From: an uncultured Acidobacteriota bacterium | GTDB taxonomy: Bacteria; Acidobacteriota; JAQAZP01 | DNA length: 64,000 nt | Reading direction: 5' to 3' | Assembly (NCBI GenBank): GCA_963836075.1 | Contig: CAWIIB010000001.1 | Span: 800,001-864,000, forward strand | Part shown: piece after piece, positions 1 to 11,727 of the stretch | Layout of the letters: each line of letters starts with the position of its first letter | How positions within the stretch are numbered: the first letter of the stretch is position 1 | Notes under the pieces: model-generated | The model's input: the letters and a program-made list of their open reading frames with translations, nothing else | Database searches by the model: none | Told to the model about the DNA's origin: nothing | Translations under genes and position numbers: made by a program

Positions 1-1
1 G

Positions 2-2134
2 TCCAACGGGGAAATGTACTTCGGCGGCATTGCGGGCTTCAATCTCTTTCTCCCCGAGCAGATCGAGGACAACCCGCACCCGCCGCCGGTGGCCTTCACC
101 GATTTCCGGGTCTTCAACCGTTCGGTGGATCCCGGCCCGAACACCGCAGGGCGCACTATTCTCGATCGTCAGATCACCGAGGCAAAATCGATCACCCTGA
201 CCCACCGGGACTACGTCTTCTCCTTCGAGTTCGCCGCGCTGCATTTCGCTGCCCCGGAGATGAACCAGTACGCCTATCGCATGGACGGGTTCGAGGAGCA
301 GTGGAACCGGGTGGGGGGCCGCGGCTATGCCACGTACACCAACCTGCCGCCCGGGCGCTACACCTTCCGGGTGATCGCCTCCAACAAGGACGGCCTGTGG
401 AACCGTGACGGTGCATCCTTGGGGATCACCGTGCTGCCGCCTTTCTGGAGCACCGGCTGGTTCCGGCTGCTGGTGCTGGCCGCCCTGGTCCTCGGTGTCC
501 TCTCGGTGCACACCCTGCGAACCCACGGCATCCGCACCCGCAACCGGGCGCTGGAGGAGATCAACACCGAGCTCAACCGGCAGATTGCCGAACGGGTCCT
601 TGCCGAAAAGGCGCGTCACGAAAGCGAACAGCGATACCGGATCCTGTTCGAAGACTCGCCGCTGGGCGTCTTCCACTTCGATCAGCAGGGCGTGCTCCTC
701 GACTGCAACAAGAAATTTGTCGAGATCGTCGGCCGCAGCCGCAGGCAACTGATCGGTCAGACGCTGCTGGAGGTGGCCCGGGACCGCAGGATCCGCGCCG
801 CCATCGACGACGCCCTCCATTTTGACCGCATCGGATTCTATGAGGGAGCGATCCAGTCCGCCGGTTCGGGACGCACCACCCAGGTACGGGCGATGTTCAA
901 GAAGATCACTCTACAAACAGGCGATTTTCTCGGGGCCATGGGGGTGGTGGAGGACATCACCGAAGGCAAGCGCCTGGAGTCGCAACTCCGCCAGTCGCAG
1001 AAGATGGAGGCGGTGGGCCGTCTGGCCGGAGGCGTGGCCCACGACTTCAACAATCTGCTCACCGTGATCCTCGGCTATTCGGAGCTGTTGCTGTCCAGTC
1101 TGGGCACCGGCGACCCGGCACACCGGCAGGTGGCCCTCATCGACTCCGCCGGCCGCCGGGCCGCCTCGTTGACCAGCCAGCTGCTGGCCTTCAGCCGGCG
1201 ACAGATTCTCAAGCCCAAGGTGCTGCAGCTGAACAGCCTGATCAGCGACATGGAAAAGATGCTGCGGCCGCTGCTGGGTGAATCGGTCCAGCTGGTGACC
1301 AGGTTCCACTCCGGTCTCTGGACCATGGAGGCCGACCCGGGCCAGATCGAGCAGGTGGTGATGAACCTGATCATCAACGCCCGGGATGCCATGCCGGAAG
1401 GCGGCGTGCTGGACATCAGCACCGAAAACATCACCTTCGACGAACCGGACCTCCACGGCCAGTTCGCCATCGGCCCCGGCGATCATGTGGTGCTCCAGGT
1501 GGCCGACAGCGGCACCGGCATGGACCGCACCACCCGCCGGCAGATCTTCGAACCTTTTTTCACCACCAAGGAAAAGGGCAAGGGAACCGGCCTGGGCCTG
1601 GCCACGGTCTACGGGATCGTCAAACAGAGCGGCGGATTTATCCTGGTGGACAGCGAACCGGGTGCAGGGACCTCGTTCCGCATGTATTTCCCGCGTACCG
1701 CAAAACAGGGTGACCACGAGGATCAGGCGGCAACCGGTCCGGACGAAGAGCAGGGCACGGAAACGATCCTGCTGGTGGAAGACGAGGAGGCGGTGCGGCG
1801 GCTGCTGGTGGAGACCCTGGAGAACCACGGCTACCGCATCGTGGAGGCCGAGCACGGGGAAGCCGCGCTGGCGGCGGCGGAGCGCATGTCGGGCCCCCTG
1901 CACCTGATCCTCACCGATGTGGTCATGCCCGGGATCAGCGGCCCGGAACTGGTGGAACGGTTGCAGCCGCGCTTCCCGGGAACGGCGGTGCTCTTCATGT
2001 CGGGCTACACCGACGACGTGATCGTGCACCACGGAATCCTGGACGAAGGGGTGGACCTGCTGAACAAGCCGCTCACCGTGCAGGAACTGCTCCGCGGCGT
2101 CCGCCGCGCGCTGGGCGAACGGGCCGTGGTCTAG
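2..2134 (+). CDS. Hybrid sensor histidine kinase/response regulator (beta-propeller/Y_Y_Y sensor, TM, PAS, HisKA, HATPase, REC); 5' end lies outside the window
   Basis: Y_Y_Y motif ([17 protein letters not shown]), TM helix, PAS, '[13 protein letters not shown]' H-box, '[15 protein letters not shown]' G-box, C-terminal receiver 'ILLVEDE...LTDVVMPG...KP'. The frame is open to the window edge. Confidence 0.93.
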   Translation, partial: SNGEMYFGGIAGFNLFLPEQIEDNPHPPPVAFTDFRVFNRSVDPGPNTAGRTILDRQITEAKSITLTHRDYVFSFEFAALHFAAPEMNQYAYRMDGFEEQWNRVGGRGYATYTNLPPGRYTFRVIASNKDGLWNRDGASLGITVLPPFWSTGWFRLLVLAALVLGVLSVHTLRTHGIRTRNRALEEINTELNRQIAERVLAEKARHESEQRYRILFEDSPLGVFHFDQQGVLLDCNKKFVEIVGRSRRQLIGQTLLEVARDRRIRAAIDDALHFDRIGFYEGAIQSAGSGRTTQVRAMFKKITLQTGDFLGAMGVVEDITEGKRLESQLRQSQKMEAVGRLAGGVAHDFNNLLTVILGYSELLLSSLGTGDPAHRQVALIDSAGRRAASLTSQLLAFSRRQILKPKVLQLNSLISDMEKMLRPLLGESVQLVTRFHSGLWTMEADPGQIEQVVMNLIINARDAMPEGGVLDISTENITFDEPDLHGQFAIGPGDHVVLQVADSGTGMDRTTRRQIFEPFFTTKEKGKGTGLGLATVYGIVKQSGGFILVDSEPGAGTSFRMYFPRTAKQGDHEDQAATGPDEEQGTETILLVEDEEAVRRLLVETLENHGYRIVEAEHGEAALAAAERMSGPLHLILTDVVMPGISGPELVERLQPRFPGTAVLFMSGYTDDVIVHHGILDEGVDLLNKPLTVQELLRGVRRALGERAVV

Positions 2135-3231
2135 CCGCTGAAGAGATCCAGCAGCTCCCGGGCCGCCGCCGTGGCGGTGATTTCCCCCGCCATCACCGAG
2201 GCTTCCAGCTGCGGCAACCTGTCCCCCACCGCCTGGTGGGCCAGGAACCGCTCCCGCAGCTGCTGGCTGAGCAGGGCGTGCATCCAGTCCCGTTCCTGGT
2301 GGCGTCGTCGCTGCTGAAAGACACCGGAGTCCGAGGTTGAGCGGACAAAGGTCTCGATCATCTGCCAGAGGTCCGCAACACCGGCGGCGGTGAGGGCCGA
2401 TGCGGTGACCGCCCTGGTGGTCCAGCCCTCGGTGGCCGGCCGGATGTAGTGCAGTGCCTGCTGGTACTCGGCGCGGGTCAGCTCCGCGGCCCGCCGGTTG
2501 TCCCCGTCGGCCTTGTTCACCAGCACCGTATCGGCAAGTTCCATCACCCCCCGCTTGAGCCCCTGCAGTTCGTCCCCGGCCCCGGCCACCAGCACCAGCA
2601 GGAAAAAGTCGACCATCGAACGGACGGTGATCTCGGACTGGCCCACCCCGATGGTTTCCACCAGCACAACATCATAACCAGCAGCCTCGAAAAGCAGGAT
2701 CGTCTCCCGGGTCTTGCGGGAGACCCCGCCCAGGGTGCCGCCGGAGGGTGAGGGACGGATAAAGGCATGGCCGTTGACGGCCAGCCGTTCCATCCGTGTC
2801 TTGTCGCCGAGGATCGAGCCGCCGCTGCGGCTGCTGGAGGGGTCCACGGCGGTGACCGCCACCTGGTGCCCCCGGCCGGTGAGTTCCGCACCGAGGGTTT
2901 CGATGAGTGTGCTCTTCCCCGCTCCCGGCACACCGGTGATCCCCACCCGCACCGACCCGCCGGTGTGGGGCAGCAGACGTTTGAGCAACTCCTGACCTTG
3001 CTGGAAGTGCTCGGGGGCGTTGGATTCCACCAGGGTGATGGCCCGGGCCAGCCGGCCGCGGTCACCGGAAATGACGCCCTCGGCCAGGTCCGTCACGCTG
3101 ACCTCCGGCCGCCGGGCCGCGTCAGAGCCCGTTGCCGGCGGTCGGTTGCCGGGCAACCCCTCGTGCCCACCCCGCACACCCTGCACCACGTTCAGGGCCG
3201 ACTTCTTCTTTTTGAGTGGTCTTTTACTCAA
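2131..3231 (-). CDS. meaB: Methylmalonyl-CoA mutase-associated GTPase MeaB (ArgK family)
   Basis: '[12 protein letters not shown]', '[17 protein letters not shown]', '[10 protein letters not shown]', 'NKAD'; directly downstream of the mutase. Confidence 0.95.
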   Translation of the reverse strand: MSKRPLKKKKSALNVVQGVRGGHEGLPGNRPPATGSDAARRPEVSVTDLAEGVISGDRGRLARAITLVESNAPEHFQQGQELLKRLLPHTGGSVRVGITGVPGAGKSTLIETLGAELTGRGHQVAVTAVDPSSSRSGGSILGDKTRMERLAVNGHAFIRPSPSGGTLGGVSRKTRETILLFEAAGYDVVLVETIGVGQSEITVRSMVDFFLLVLVAGAGDELQGLKRGVMELADTVLVNKADGDNRRAAELTRAEYQQALHYIRPATEGWTTRAVTASALTAAGVADLWQMIETFVRSTSDSGVFQQRRRHQERDWMHALLSQQLRERFLAHQAVGDRLPQLEASVMAGEITATAAARELLDLFSG

Positions 3232-5380
3232 GCGAATACCCCAGGCGTCGGTTCAGTTCCTCCAGCAGCAGACCGGCCGCGTGGTGGATCACCGTGCCCG
3301 GGCCGAAGATGGCCGCGGCTCCGGCCCGGCGCAGTTCGTCGTAGTCCTGCGCCGGGATCACCCCGCCCACCACCACCATGATGTCCCCGCGGCCCAGGTC
3401 CTCCAGGGCACTGGTCAGCTTGGGGAGCAGGGTCTTGTGCCCGGCGGCCAGGGAGCTGAATCCCACCATGTGCACATCGTTCTCCACCGCCTGACGGGCG
3501 GCTTCCTCCGGCGTCTGGAACAGCGGCCCCACATCCACGTCGAACCCCAGGTCGGCCAGGGCGGTGGCCACCACCTTGGCCCCGCGGTCGTGTCCGTCCT
3601 GGCCCATCTTGGCCACCAGTATGCGCGGGCGGCGCCCCTCCTGCTGCTCAAAGGCCTTGATCAACTGTGCAAAGTTCTCGATCTCTTCTCCCCCGCCGTA
3701 TTCTCCGGAGTAGACACCGGAGATTGTCCGGATCTCTGCCTTGTGCCGGCCCCAGACACCCTCCAGGGCTCCCGAGATCTCACCGAGGCTGGCCCGGGCC
3801 CGGGCCGCTTGCACCGACAGCTCCAAAAGGTTGCCCTCGCCAGTGCGGGCGCAGCGGGCCAGAGCGGCCAGCGCCTGGTCCACCGCCCCATTATCCCTTT
3901 CCCGGCGGAGTTTTTCCAGACGGTGTACCTGCTGCCGGCGCACCTCGCTGTTGTCCACCTCGAGGATGTCGATGGGATCCTCGTGTTCCAGCCGGTAGCG
4001 GTTGACCCCGACGATGGTCTCCTGGCCCGAGTCGATATGAGCCTGGCGCCGGGCCGCCGATTCCTCGATGCGCATCTTGGGCAGGCCGCTCTCCACCGCC
4101 TTGACCATGCCCCCCAGTTCCTCCACCTCCCGGATGTGACCCCAGGCCCGGTGCGCCAGCTGGTGGGTCAGCGATTCGAGATAGTACGAACCGCCCCAGG
4201 GGTCCACCACCCGGCAGATCCCGGTCTCCTCCTGGAGGTAGAGCTGGGTATTGCGGGCGATGCGTGCGGAAAAGTCGGTGGGCAGGGCGATGGCCTCGTC
4301 CAGGGCATTGGTGTGCATCGACTGGGTTCCACCCAGGGCGGCGGCCATCCCCTCGATGCAGGTGCGCACCACGTTGTTGTACGGGTCCTGCTCGGCCAGG
4401 CTCCAGCCGGAGGTCTGGGAGTGGGTGCGCAGGGCCATGGACCTGGGGTCCCGGGGATCGAACTGCTTGACGATCCGGGCCCAGATCAGGCGCGCCGCAC
4501 GCATCTTGGCCACCTCCATGAAGTGGTTCATCCCCTGGCCCCAGAAGAAGGAAAGCCGTGGCGCGAAGTGATCGATGTCCAGGCCGGCGACGATCCCGGT
4601 GCGCAGGTATTCCAGACCGTCGGCCAGGGTGTAAGCCAGTTCCAGGTCGGCGGTGGCCCCGGCCTCCTGCATGTGGTAACCGGAGATGGAGATGCTGTTG
4701 AACTTCGGCATGCTGGCCGCGGTGAAGGAAAAAATGTCGGCAATGATGCGCATCGACTCCGCTGGGGGGTAGATGTAGGTGTTGCGCACCATGTATTCCT
4801 TGAGGATGTCGTTCTGGATCGTGCCGGCCAGCTCGTCCAGCCGCGCCCCCTGCTCCAGCGCGGCGACGATGTAGAACGCCAGCACCGGCAGTACCGCGCC
4901 GTTCATGGTCATGGAGACCGACATGCGGTTGAGCGGGATGTTGTCGAAGAGGATCTTCATGTCCAGCACCGAGTCGATGGCCACGCCGGCCATCCCCACG
5001 TCCCCCTCAACCCGGGGGTGGTCCGAGTCATACCCCCGGTGGGTGGCCAGATCGAAGGCCACGGAGAGCCCCTTTTGCCCGGCGGCCAGGTTGCGGCGGT
5101 AAAAGGCGTTGGACTCTTCGGCGGTGGAGAAGCCGGCGTATTGCCGCACCGTCCAGGGCCGGGTGACATACATGGTGGCGTAAGGCCCGCGAAGGAAGGG
5201 CGGCAGGCCGGCGAGGTGGTCGAGGTGCTCCAGGCCCGCCATGTCGGCCGCCGTGTAGAGCGGTCTGACGCCGATGCGCTCGTTGGTCATCCAGCGGTCC
5301 GGGCTGCCGGAGGCGGTACTGCCGCCGGTGGAATAGGCATGATCCAGGGAAACGTTGGAAAAATCGGGTATGCGGCTCAT
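3224..5380 (-). CDS. scpA: Methylmalonyl-CoA mutase, large (B12-binding, catalytic) subunit
   Basis: '[26 protein letters not shown]', 'RIARNTQ', B12 motif '[10 protein letters not shown]'. Confidence 0.97.
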   Translation of the reverse strand: MSRIPDFSNVSLDHAYSTGGSTASGSPDRWMTNERIGVRPLYTAADMAGLEHLDHLAGLPPFLRGPYATMYVTRPWTVRQYAGFSTAEESNAFYRRNLAAGQKGLSVAFDLATHRGYDSDHPRVEGDVGMAGVAIDSVLDMKILFDNIPLNRMSVSMTMNGAVLPVLAFYIVAALEQGARLDELAGTIQNDILKEYMVRNTYIYPPAESMRIIADIFSFTAASMPKFNSISISGYHMQEAGATADLELAYTLADGLEYLRTGIVAGLDIDHFAPRLSFFWGQGMNHFMEVAKMRAARLIWARIVKQFDPRDPRSMALRTHSQTSGWSLAEQDPYNNVVRTCIEGMAAALGGTQSMHTNALDEAIALPTDFSARIARNTQLYLQEETGICRVVDPWGGSYYLESLTHQLAHRAWGHIREVEELGGMVKAVESGLPKMRIEESAARRQAHIDSGQETIVGVNRYRLEHEDPIDILEVDNSEVRRQQVHRLEKLRRERDNGAVDQALAALARCARTGEGNLLELSVQAARARASLGEISGALEGVWGRHKAEIRTISGVYSGEYGGGEEIENFAQLIKAFEQQEGRRPRILVAKMGQDGHDRGAKVVATALADLGFDVDVGPLFQTPEEAARQAVENDVHMVGFSSLAAGHKTLLPKLTSALEDLGRGDIMVVVGGVIPAQDYDELRRAGAAAIFGPGTVIHHAAGLLLEELNRRLGYSLE

Positions 5381-7230
5381 GACAACACCCCCGCCTGTTC
5401 GGCCAGTTCGCAGAGGATCTGCAGGACATCCGAGCGGAGGGTGATCCTCCGGCGGATCCCGGCCTCCCGGAATCGCTCCTCCTTCTCCGCCGGCCCGCCG
5501 GCCAGGTGCAGCACGAGGTCCGGATCCACGGCCAGCAACCGGGCAGCCAGACGGGGCACCAGTTCGTCGTGACGGTCGTCACGGGAGACGATACAGACCG
5601 CGGCCGGGCGGTGCTCCAGCAGTGCGGCCGCCACCTCTTCCTCCGTGTGGAATTCCAGGTCCCCCAGCACCCGGAACCCGCCCACCTGGTAGAAGCTGCG
5701 GATGAACTCCAGCCGGGCCATGTACCCGGCCGGCGGTCCCATGGCCGCCAGCAACACCCGGGGCGGGCCGCTTTTCGACACCCGGATGCGCAACTGCTCG
5801 AAGGGCGAGCCGCCGCGGAGGGGTATTGGCGCCCATACCATATTTTCCGGCAGCGCCTCGCCGGCGAGCGGGTACCGGTTGGTGCCCACCAGCACGTCCG
5901 TTCTGACGGCCAGCCGTTCCCGGCGCCTCGCCGCGGTGGCGGCCGCCATCTGCTGGGGCCGGCCGTCGCGCAGAGCCTGCGCCATCCCCCCGCCGGACTC
6001 GATCTCCTGGAACAGTTCCCAGGCCCGGCCGGCCAACTGGTCGGTGAGCGTTTCCACATACCACGATCCGCCAGCCGGGTCGGCCACCCGGTCGAAGTGG
6101 GACTCCTCGCGGAGGATCAGCTGGGTGTTGCGGGCCAGACGCCGCGAAAGCTCACCGGGGGGGCCGCAGCGCTCGTCAAAGGGCGCGAGGTGCAGGCTGC
6201 CGCAACCGCCGGCGATGGCGGCAAAGGCCTCGGTGGTAGTGCGCAGGATGTTGGTGTGCGGGTCCAGGAGCGTGCTGCTCCAGCCCGACGAGCGGGCGTG
6301 AAAAATCAGCTTCGCCGCCGAACCGTTGCCGCCGCAGGCCTCGACGATTCTTGACCAGACCAGGCGAGCGGCACGGAACTTGGCGATCTCGGTGAAAAAG
6401 TCGGTTCCCACGGCGAAACAGAACCAGCAGCTGCCGGCGGCCTGTTCCGGATCCAGCTGCCGCTTCTCCAGTTCCCGCAGCGCCTGAACCGCCGAGGCCA
6501 TGGCCAGCGCCAGCTCTTCCGCCGCACCAGCCCCGGCATCGTGCCAGGCACTGCCCTGGATCACGGTTGTCCGCAACCGGGGAGCGAATTCCGCGGCCCA
6601 GCGGGTAACCATCGCCTGGCCGTCCCAGACCTGCTCCAGGCTCACCGGCAGTTCGCCGTGCCGGGCCATCGGGTCGAATCCCAGGGCCCCGGTCAACCGG
6701 CTGACGTCAACATCGCGCCCGGCACAGAGGGCCCGGAGAAGTTCCGCAAATCCCGGGGCCGCCGGACCGGTATCGACGTAGAGCGGCGTCTGTTCCAGGT
6801 CCACCCCCTCCAGGGCCGTTTCCAGATCGGCGAGGGTGTCGATGGAAGTGCTGTCGAGCACCAGGTTCACCGCGGTCTGCCCCCGTTCCAGGTCGCGGCG
6901 CAGCAGGCGGTTGAATTCGGCTGGATCGGCAAATGGCAGTTCCTGGGCCACCTCCCAGCGGATCGCGGGCTGCCCCGGAGCCTCGGTGCCGCGGATGAAC
7001 GGCGGCAGCCCGGGGGACACGTGTTGATGCTCCAGCCCCGCCGTATCGGCGGCGGTATAGATCGGCCGCAGCCGAATCCCTTCGACGGTGGTGGTGAACA
7101 TCCGTTTTTCAAAGGACGCCCCCTTGAGCAGGCGGACCACCTCCTCCTGCCACTGGTCCAGGCCCGGCACCGGAAATCCCTCCAGCAATCGCTCTTCAGC
7201 CCCTGCCCCGTTCTCGCCGCTGCTCTTCAT
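5377..7230 (-). CDS. mutA: Methylmalonyl-CoA mutase, small subunit
   Basis: '[12 protein letters not shown]', '[12 protein letters not shown]', '[28 protein letters not shown]'; no DxHxxG; 4-nt overlap with the large subunit. Confidence 0.92.
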   Translation of the reverse strand: MKSSGENGAGAEERLLEGFPVPGLDQWQEEVVRLLKGASFEKRMFTTTVEGIRLRPIYTAADTAGLEHQHVSPGLPPFIRGTEAPGQPAIRWEVAQELPFADPAEFNRLLRRDLERGQTAVNLVLDSTSIDTLADLETALEGVDLEQTPLYVDTGPAAPGFAELLRALCAGRDVDVSRLTGALGFDPMARHGELPVSLEQVWDGQAMVTRWAAEFAPRLRTTVIQGSAWHDAGAGAAEELALAMASAVQALRELEKRQLDPEQAAGSCWFCFAVGTDFFTEIAKFRAARLVWSRIVEACGGNGSAAKLIFHARSSGWSSTLLDPHTNILRTTTEAFAAIAGGCGSLHLAPFDERCGPPGELSRRLARNTQLILREESHFDRVADPAGGSWYVETLTDQLAGRAWELFQEIESGGGMAQALRDGRPQQMAAATAARRRERLAVRTDVLVGTNRYPLAGEALPENMVWAPIPLRGGSPFEQLRIRVSKSGPPRVLLAAMGPPAGYMARLEFIRSFYQVGGFRVLGDLEFHTEEEVAAALLEHRPAAVCIVSRDDRHDELVPRLAARLLAVDPDLVLHLAGGPAEKEERFREAGIRRRITLRSDVLQILCELAEQAGVLS

Positions 7231-7328
7231 CGTCTCTCCCCCCTACTCCCGGCCGGTTTCATGCCCGGCCGGCACCGATGAGGAGCGTAATACAAAGCCC
7301 CTCCTCCATCAAGACGGAAATGCCGGAA

Positions 7329-7449
7329 CGGGGACCCCTACCTGTTGATGGAATAGCTGAAGAAAGACCCACAATCACTGTGGTAACTGTCCCCGCCTTT
7401 TTCAAACAATTGATAAATGGAGGGATAGACAAGGTGGTAGCTGTCCCCG
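7329..7449. repeat. Short repeat cluster: GTGGTA(A/G)CTGTCCCCG x2 plus a degenerate inverted copy
   Basis: 7380-7395 and 7434-7449 match at 15/16. 7329-7342 (CGGGGACCCCTACC) is an 11/14 inverted match to 7382-7395. Confidence 0.55.
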
Positions 7450-7507
7450 TCTTGTTGTATGGTATTTGGGAGCGCAAACCCGGGAAACATCAGGAGGAGG
7501 TGGGATC

Positions 7508-7897
7508 ATGTTCTGCCCCAAGTGCGGTGGGGAGTATGTCGACGGCATCACCAGCTGTCCCGAGTGCACTGTTGACCTGATCCATGAACCGCCGGCCGAA
7601 CCGGCGATTGACGAGGAAGACGCCCTGGTGGCGGTGCTGCGCACCGGAGACCCGCTGGTGGTGGCCCTGGCCAAGTCGCTCCTTGACGGGGCCGGCATCG
7701 ACTTCTTTGTCAAGGGCGAAGGGCTCCAGGACCTCTTCGCCTTTGGACGGGTGGGCACCGGCTTCAGCCCGATCACCGGGCCGGCCGAGTTCCAGGTCCG
7801 CCGCTACAAGGAGGCTGAGGCCCGGGCCGTGCTGGCCGATGTCTACCTGGACCAGGACGAGAACGAGGGCAAAGACAGGGACGAAGACGAGGATTAA
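7508..7897 (+). CDS. Zinc-ribbon + DUF2007-like (putative signal-transducing) small protein
   Basis: AGGAGGAGG RBS, then MFCPKC...CPEC, 'LAKSLLDGAGI', 'V....EA.ARAVL', acidic tail. Confidence 0.8.
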   Translation: MFCPKCGGEYVDGITSCPECTVDLIHEPPAEPAIDEEDALVAVLRTGDPLVVALAKSLLDGAGIDFFVKGEGLQDLFAFGRVGTGFSPITGPAEFQVRRYKEAEARAVLADVYLDQDENEGKDRDEDED

Positions 7898-7933
7898 CGG
7901 GTGCCGGCCGCCGTCAACCACCGGGTGGCAGAA

Positions 7934-7963
7934 TTGACAACCCGTTGATTTTCATAGTACATT
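7934..7963 (+). promoter_or_regulatory. Sigma70-type promoter for pepT-OPT
   Basis: TTGACA-N18-TACATT in the intergenic region. Confidence 0.55.
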
Positions 7964-8078
7964 CGCCCGTACATTCCCGGATCGGGGCACACGGTGAAGC
8001 GCGGTGGGCGAACGCCGCACCCACGCCCGCCAGACGCAGTTTTGCCCTGCCAGATACATTTTGAAAGGATTCCCGCTG

Positions 8079-9338
8079 ATGAAAGAGACGGTTCTTGACC
8101 GCTTCCTGCGCTACGTGAAAATCGACACCCAGTCGGCTGAAGGCGTGGAGGACTTCCCCAGCACCGCCAAGCAGTTCGACCTGCTGAAGCTGCTCCGTGA
8201 CGAACTGACCGACCTCGGCCTGGAGGATGTGGAGCTGGACAAGCACGGCTACGTCACCGCCACCCTGCCGGCAAACTTGCCACCGGACCACCCGGCCCCG
8301 GACAAGGTCCCCGCGGTGGCCTTCCTGGCCCACGTGGACACCTCGCCCGATGTCACGGGCAAGGACGTCAAGCCGCAGATTCACCAGAACTACCAGGGCG
8401 GCGACATCCAGCTTCCCGGCGACCCGGAACAGGTGATCCGCGCTGCGGATAACCCGCAACTGAAGACAGCCGTGGGCTGCGACATCGTCACCACCGACGG
8501 CACCACCCTGCTGGGCGCCGACGACAAGGCCGGCATCGCCGAAATCATGACCGCCCTAGACCGTTTCATCTCCGACCCGAGCCTTCACCACGGCCCGATC
8601 AAGATCGGCTTCACCCCCGACGAGGAGGTGGGCCGGGGCGTGGACTTCTTCGACGTGGAAAAGTTCGGTGCCGATATCGCCTACACCCTTGACGGCAGCG
8701 TGCTGGGCGAGATCGAGGACGAGACATTCAACGCCAGCGGCGCGCTGTTCAAGATCCAGGGCATCAACGTCCACCCCGGATATGCCAAGGGCAAGATGGT
8801 CAATGCCCTGCGCGTGGCCGCCGACATCGTCTCACGGCTGCCCTTCAACATGTCTCCCGAGACCACTGAAAAACGGGAAGGGTACCTGCACCCTCACGGG
8901 ATCGAGGGGGGCACCGACCAGGCAATGCTCAAGGTGCTGATCCGCGACTTCGACCTGGAGGGCATGGAGGAGAAGGGCAAACAGCTGGGTCTGATCCGCG
9001 ACGAAGTGGCCGCGGCCTGGCCCGGAGCCAAGATCGACCTGGAGATCAAGGAATCGTACCGCAACATGCGGCTCAAACTGGACGAGGACCCGCGGGCGGT
9101 GGAGTATGCCATGGAGGCCATCCGCCGCGCCGGGTACGAACCGCACAAGGAACTGATCCGCGGCGGCACCGACGGTGCCCGGCTCTGCTACATGGGACTG
9201 CTCACCCCCAATCTCTTTGCCGGCGGGGTGAACTTCCACAGCAAGCTGGAATGGGTGCCGGTGCAGTGGATGGAGGCGGCGGTGGAGACCATCGTAAAGC
9301 TGGCCGGGGTCTGGCTGGAGAAGAGCGCTGACGCATAA
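8079..9338 (+). CDS. pepT: Peptidase T (tripeptide aminopeptidase, M20B)
   Basis: 'RFLRYVKIDTQS', 'AHVDTS', 'LLGADDKAG', 'FTPDEEVG', 'IRGGTDG', 'NFHS'. Confidence 0.95.
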   Translation: MKETVLDRFLRYVKIDTQSAEGVEDFPSTAKQFDLLKLLRDELTDLGLEDVELDKHGYVTATLPANLPPDHPAPDKVPAVAFLAHVDTSPDVTGKDVKPQIHQNYQGGDIQLPGDPEQVIRAADNPQLKTAVGCDIVTTDGTTLLGADDKAGIAEIMTALDRFISDPSLHHGPIKIGFTPDEEVGRGVDFFDVEKFGADIAYTLDGSVLGEIEDETFNASGALFKIQGINVHPGYAKGKMVNALRVAADIVSRLPFNMSPETTEKREGYLHPHGIEGGTDQAMLKVLIRDFDLEGMEEKGKQLGLIRDEVAAAWPGAKIDLEIKESYRNMRLKLDEDPRAVEYAMEAIRRAGYEPHKELIRGGTDGARLCYMGLLTPNLFAGGVNFHSKLEWVPVQWMEAAVETIVKLAGVWLEKSADA

Positions 9339-9353
9339 ACCCGAGGAGGAACC

Positions 9354-11381
9354 ATGGATCACTCCGGAAACCAGAATTTGAGTCTGCCGGAAAATGCTTA
9401 CCGCAAGCTCAAGGAGGGGGAGGAATATCTCCCCGTGGTGCCCAACGATAACCCCCTGCCCGAACTGACGCCCTACTCGCTGCTCTTCGGGCTGTTCTAT
9501 GCCGTGCTCTTCTCGGCAGCTGCGGCCTACCTCGGGTTGAAGATCGGTCAGGTCTTCGAGGCGGCGATCCCCATCGCCATCCTGGCCGTGGGCATGTCGG
9601 TGCTGATCAACAAGAAGCACAGCCTTTCCCAGAACGTGATCATCCAGTCCATCGGCGCCTCCTCGGGTGTGGTGGTGGCCGGCGCCATCTTCACCATCCC
9701 CGGGCTCTACATCCTGAACATCGAAGCCAGCTTCATGCAGGTCTTCCTCGCCTCGCTGCTGGGCGGTTTTCTGGGCATCCTTTTCCTGATCCCCTTCCGC
9801 CGCTACTTTGTCAAGGACATGCACGGCGAGTTCCCCTTCCCCGAAGCCACCGCCACCACCGAGGTGCTGGTGGCCGGCGAGGCCGGCGGCGACCAGGCCA
9901 AGATCCTGGTCATCGGCGCCGCGGTGGGCGGCCTCTACGACTTCCTGGTTTCCGGTGTCGGCGCCTGGAAGGAAGTGGTCTCCACTGCGGTGTTCCAGAC
10001 CACCACCTGGGGCAACTTCGTCTATGACAAGCTGAAACTGGAGTTCCGCCTCAATGTCGGCGCGGCGGTGATGGGCCTGGGCTACATCGTCGGCCTCAAA
10101 TACGCCGCGATCATCGCCGCCGGTTCGTTCCTCGCCTGGTGGGTGCTGATCCCGCTGGTCTACATGATCGGCGCCCAGGTGCCCGAACCGTTCATGACCC
10201 AGACCGGCCTGACCATCAGCCAGATGACCCCCATCGACATCTTCTACGAGTACGTCCGGCACGTGGGCATCGGCGGCATCGCCGCCGCCGGGATCATCGG
10301 CATCATCAAGTCCCGCTCGATCATCTACGGCGCCTTCAAGCTGGCGGGCAGCGAGATCTTCGGCGCCGGCCGCAGCGGCGGACCGGTCTCCGAGGAGCGG
10401 GTGCAGACCGACATCCGGATGAAGTGGGTGGTAACCATGATGGTGGCCACCCTGCTGGGCGTCTTCCTCTTCTTCTACGTCGGGGTGGTGGATTTCAGCC
10501 TGTGGCACGCCGTCGTCGGCCTGCTGATCGTCACCGTCATCGCCTTCCTCTTCACCACCGTGGCCGCCCGGGCCATCGCCATCGTCGGCACCAACCCGGT
10601 CTCCGGCATGACCCTGATGACCCTGATTCTCAGCTCGGTGATCCTGGTCAAGGTTGGACTCACCGGCGAGAAGGGCATTCTGGCCGCGCTGCTCATCGGC
10701 GGGGTGGTCTGCACCGCCCTCTCCATGGCCGGCGGCTTTATCACCGACCTGAAGATCGGCTACTGGCTGGGCACCACGCCGCGGACCCAGGAACGGTGGA
10801 AGTTTCTGGGCACCATTGTCTCCGCCGCATCGGTGGGCGTGGTGATCCTGATGCTGCACCAGACGTACGGGTTCGGTCCCGGCGGTCTGGAAGCGCCCCA
10901 GGCTTCGGCCATGGCGGCGGTGATCGAACCGCTGATGACCGGTCAACCGGCGCCCTGGCTGGCCTACCTGGCCGGCATCTTCATGGCCATCGTACTGGAG
11001 ATGATCGGCGTGCCGCCGCTGGCCTTCGCCCTGGGCATGTATCTGCCGATCCATCTCAACGCGCCGATCCTGGCCGGCGGGATCATCGCCCACATCGTCT
11101 CCACCGGCTCAAAGGACGAGAAGCTGAACCTGGCCCGCAAGGAGAAGGGAACACTGATCGCCTCCGGCTTCATTGCCGGCGGCGCGATCATGGGTGTGCT
11201 CGCAGCGGCGATAAACTTCTTCGGCATGAAGTTAAATGGTGAAGGCTGGTCGCTGATGAACATGCTGCACCTCGAGCACTGGGCCGAGGAGTCCATGGGC
11301 GGTGAACTGCTGGGCTTCGTGATGTTCCTCTGCCTCTGCGCCTACATGATCTGGTTCTCCAAGCGGGTGAAGCCGGAATAA
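9354..11381 (+). CDS. OPT-family oligopeptide transporter
   Basis: 'LPENAY', 'YLGLKIGQVFEAAIPIAI', 'FPEATA', 'DLKIGYWLG', 'APQA..MA'; many TM helices. Confidence 0.93.
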   Translation: MDHSGNQNLSLPENAYRKLKEGEEYLPVVPNDNPLPELTPYSLLFGLFYAVLFSAAAAYLGLKIGQVFEAAIPIAILAVGMSVLINKKHSLSQNVIIQSIGASSGVVVAGAIFTIPGLYILNIEASFMQVFLASLLGGFLGILFLIPFRRYFVKDMHGEFPFPEATATTEVLVAGEAGGDQAKILVIGAAVGGLYDFLVSGVGAWKEVVSTAVFQTTTWGNFVYDKLKLEFRLNVGAAVMGLGYIVGLKYAAIIAAGSFLAWWVLIPLVYMIGAQVPEPFMTQTGLTISQMTPIDIFYEYVRHVGIGGIAAAGIIGIIKSRSIIYGAFKLAGSEIFGAGRSGGPVSEERVQTDIRMKWVVTMMVATLLGVFLFFYVGVVDFSLWHAVVGLLIVTVIAFLFTTVAARAIAIVGTNPVSGMTLMTLILSSVILVKVGLTGEKGILAALLIGGVVCTALSMAGGFITDLKIGYWLGTTPRTQERWKFLGTIVSAASVGVVILMLHQTYGFGPGGLEAPQASAMAAVIEPLMTGQPAPWLAYLAGIFMAIVLEMIGVPPLAFALGMYLPIHLNAPILAGGIIAHIVSTGSKDEKLNLARKEKGTLIASGFIAGGAIMGVLAAAINFFGMKLNGEGWSLMNMLHLEHWAEESMGGELLGFVMFLCLCAYMIWFSKRVKPE

Positions 11382-11388
11382 CGCTCCG

Positions 11389-11727
11389 ATGAAACCGATC
11401 CACATCCAGACGGCGGCCCTGGCCGCGGCAACAGCCGCGGCCGTGGGCCTGCTGCTCTGGCTTACCGCAGGCAGCGGCCGGATGCCGATCCTCCCCGTAC
11501 ATCAGGCCCGGCCCCTGGAGCTTACCGAACCGGGGACCCCATTGATCCTGCAGTGGGACCCCGTTGACGGCGCTGAGGGCTACGAGGTGGAAATCCTCGA
11601 GGCCGCCACCGGCCTGCCCGCTCTGAGCGGCCGGACAGATGAAACAACGTGGTCGCCCGGCGAAGCGGGCGATCTGCTGGACCGTGAGAAGCAATGGCTC
11701 TGGAGAGTGACAGCGGAATCTCGGTGA
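11389..11727 (+). CDS. Small membrane-anchored protein with a fibronectin-III-like strand pattern
   Basis: N-terminal hydrophobic anchor, 'LQWDPVDGAEGYEVEI', 'WLWRVTA'. Confidence 0.6.
   Translation: MKPIHIQTAALAAATAAAVGLLLWLTAGSGRMPILPVHQARPLELTEPGTPLILQWDPVDGAEGYEVEILEAATGLPALSGRTDETTWSPGEAGDLLDREKQWLWRVTAESR

Noticed and set aside
3020-5572. 850-aa plus-strand ORF, and similar long ORFs at 8832-11093, 15362-17452, 31259-33934 and 49548-51092
   Set aside because: Antisense shadows of well-supported genes; expected at high GC3, with no motifs.
7380-7449. Mini-CRISPR
   Set aside because: Only two 16-bp repeats and no cas genes.
7231-7500. Cobalamin riboswitch upstream of the mutase operon
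   Set aside because: No B12-box or GGGAA...GCCCCCGCAACTGT core on the minus strand.
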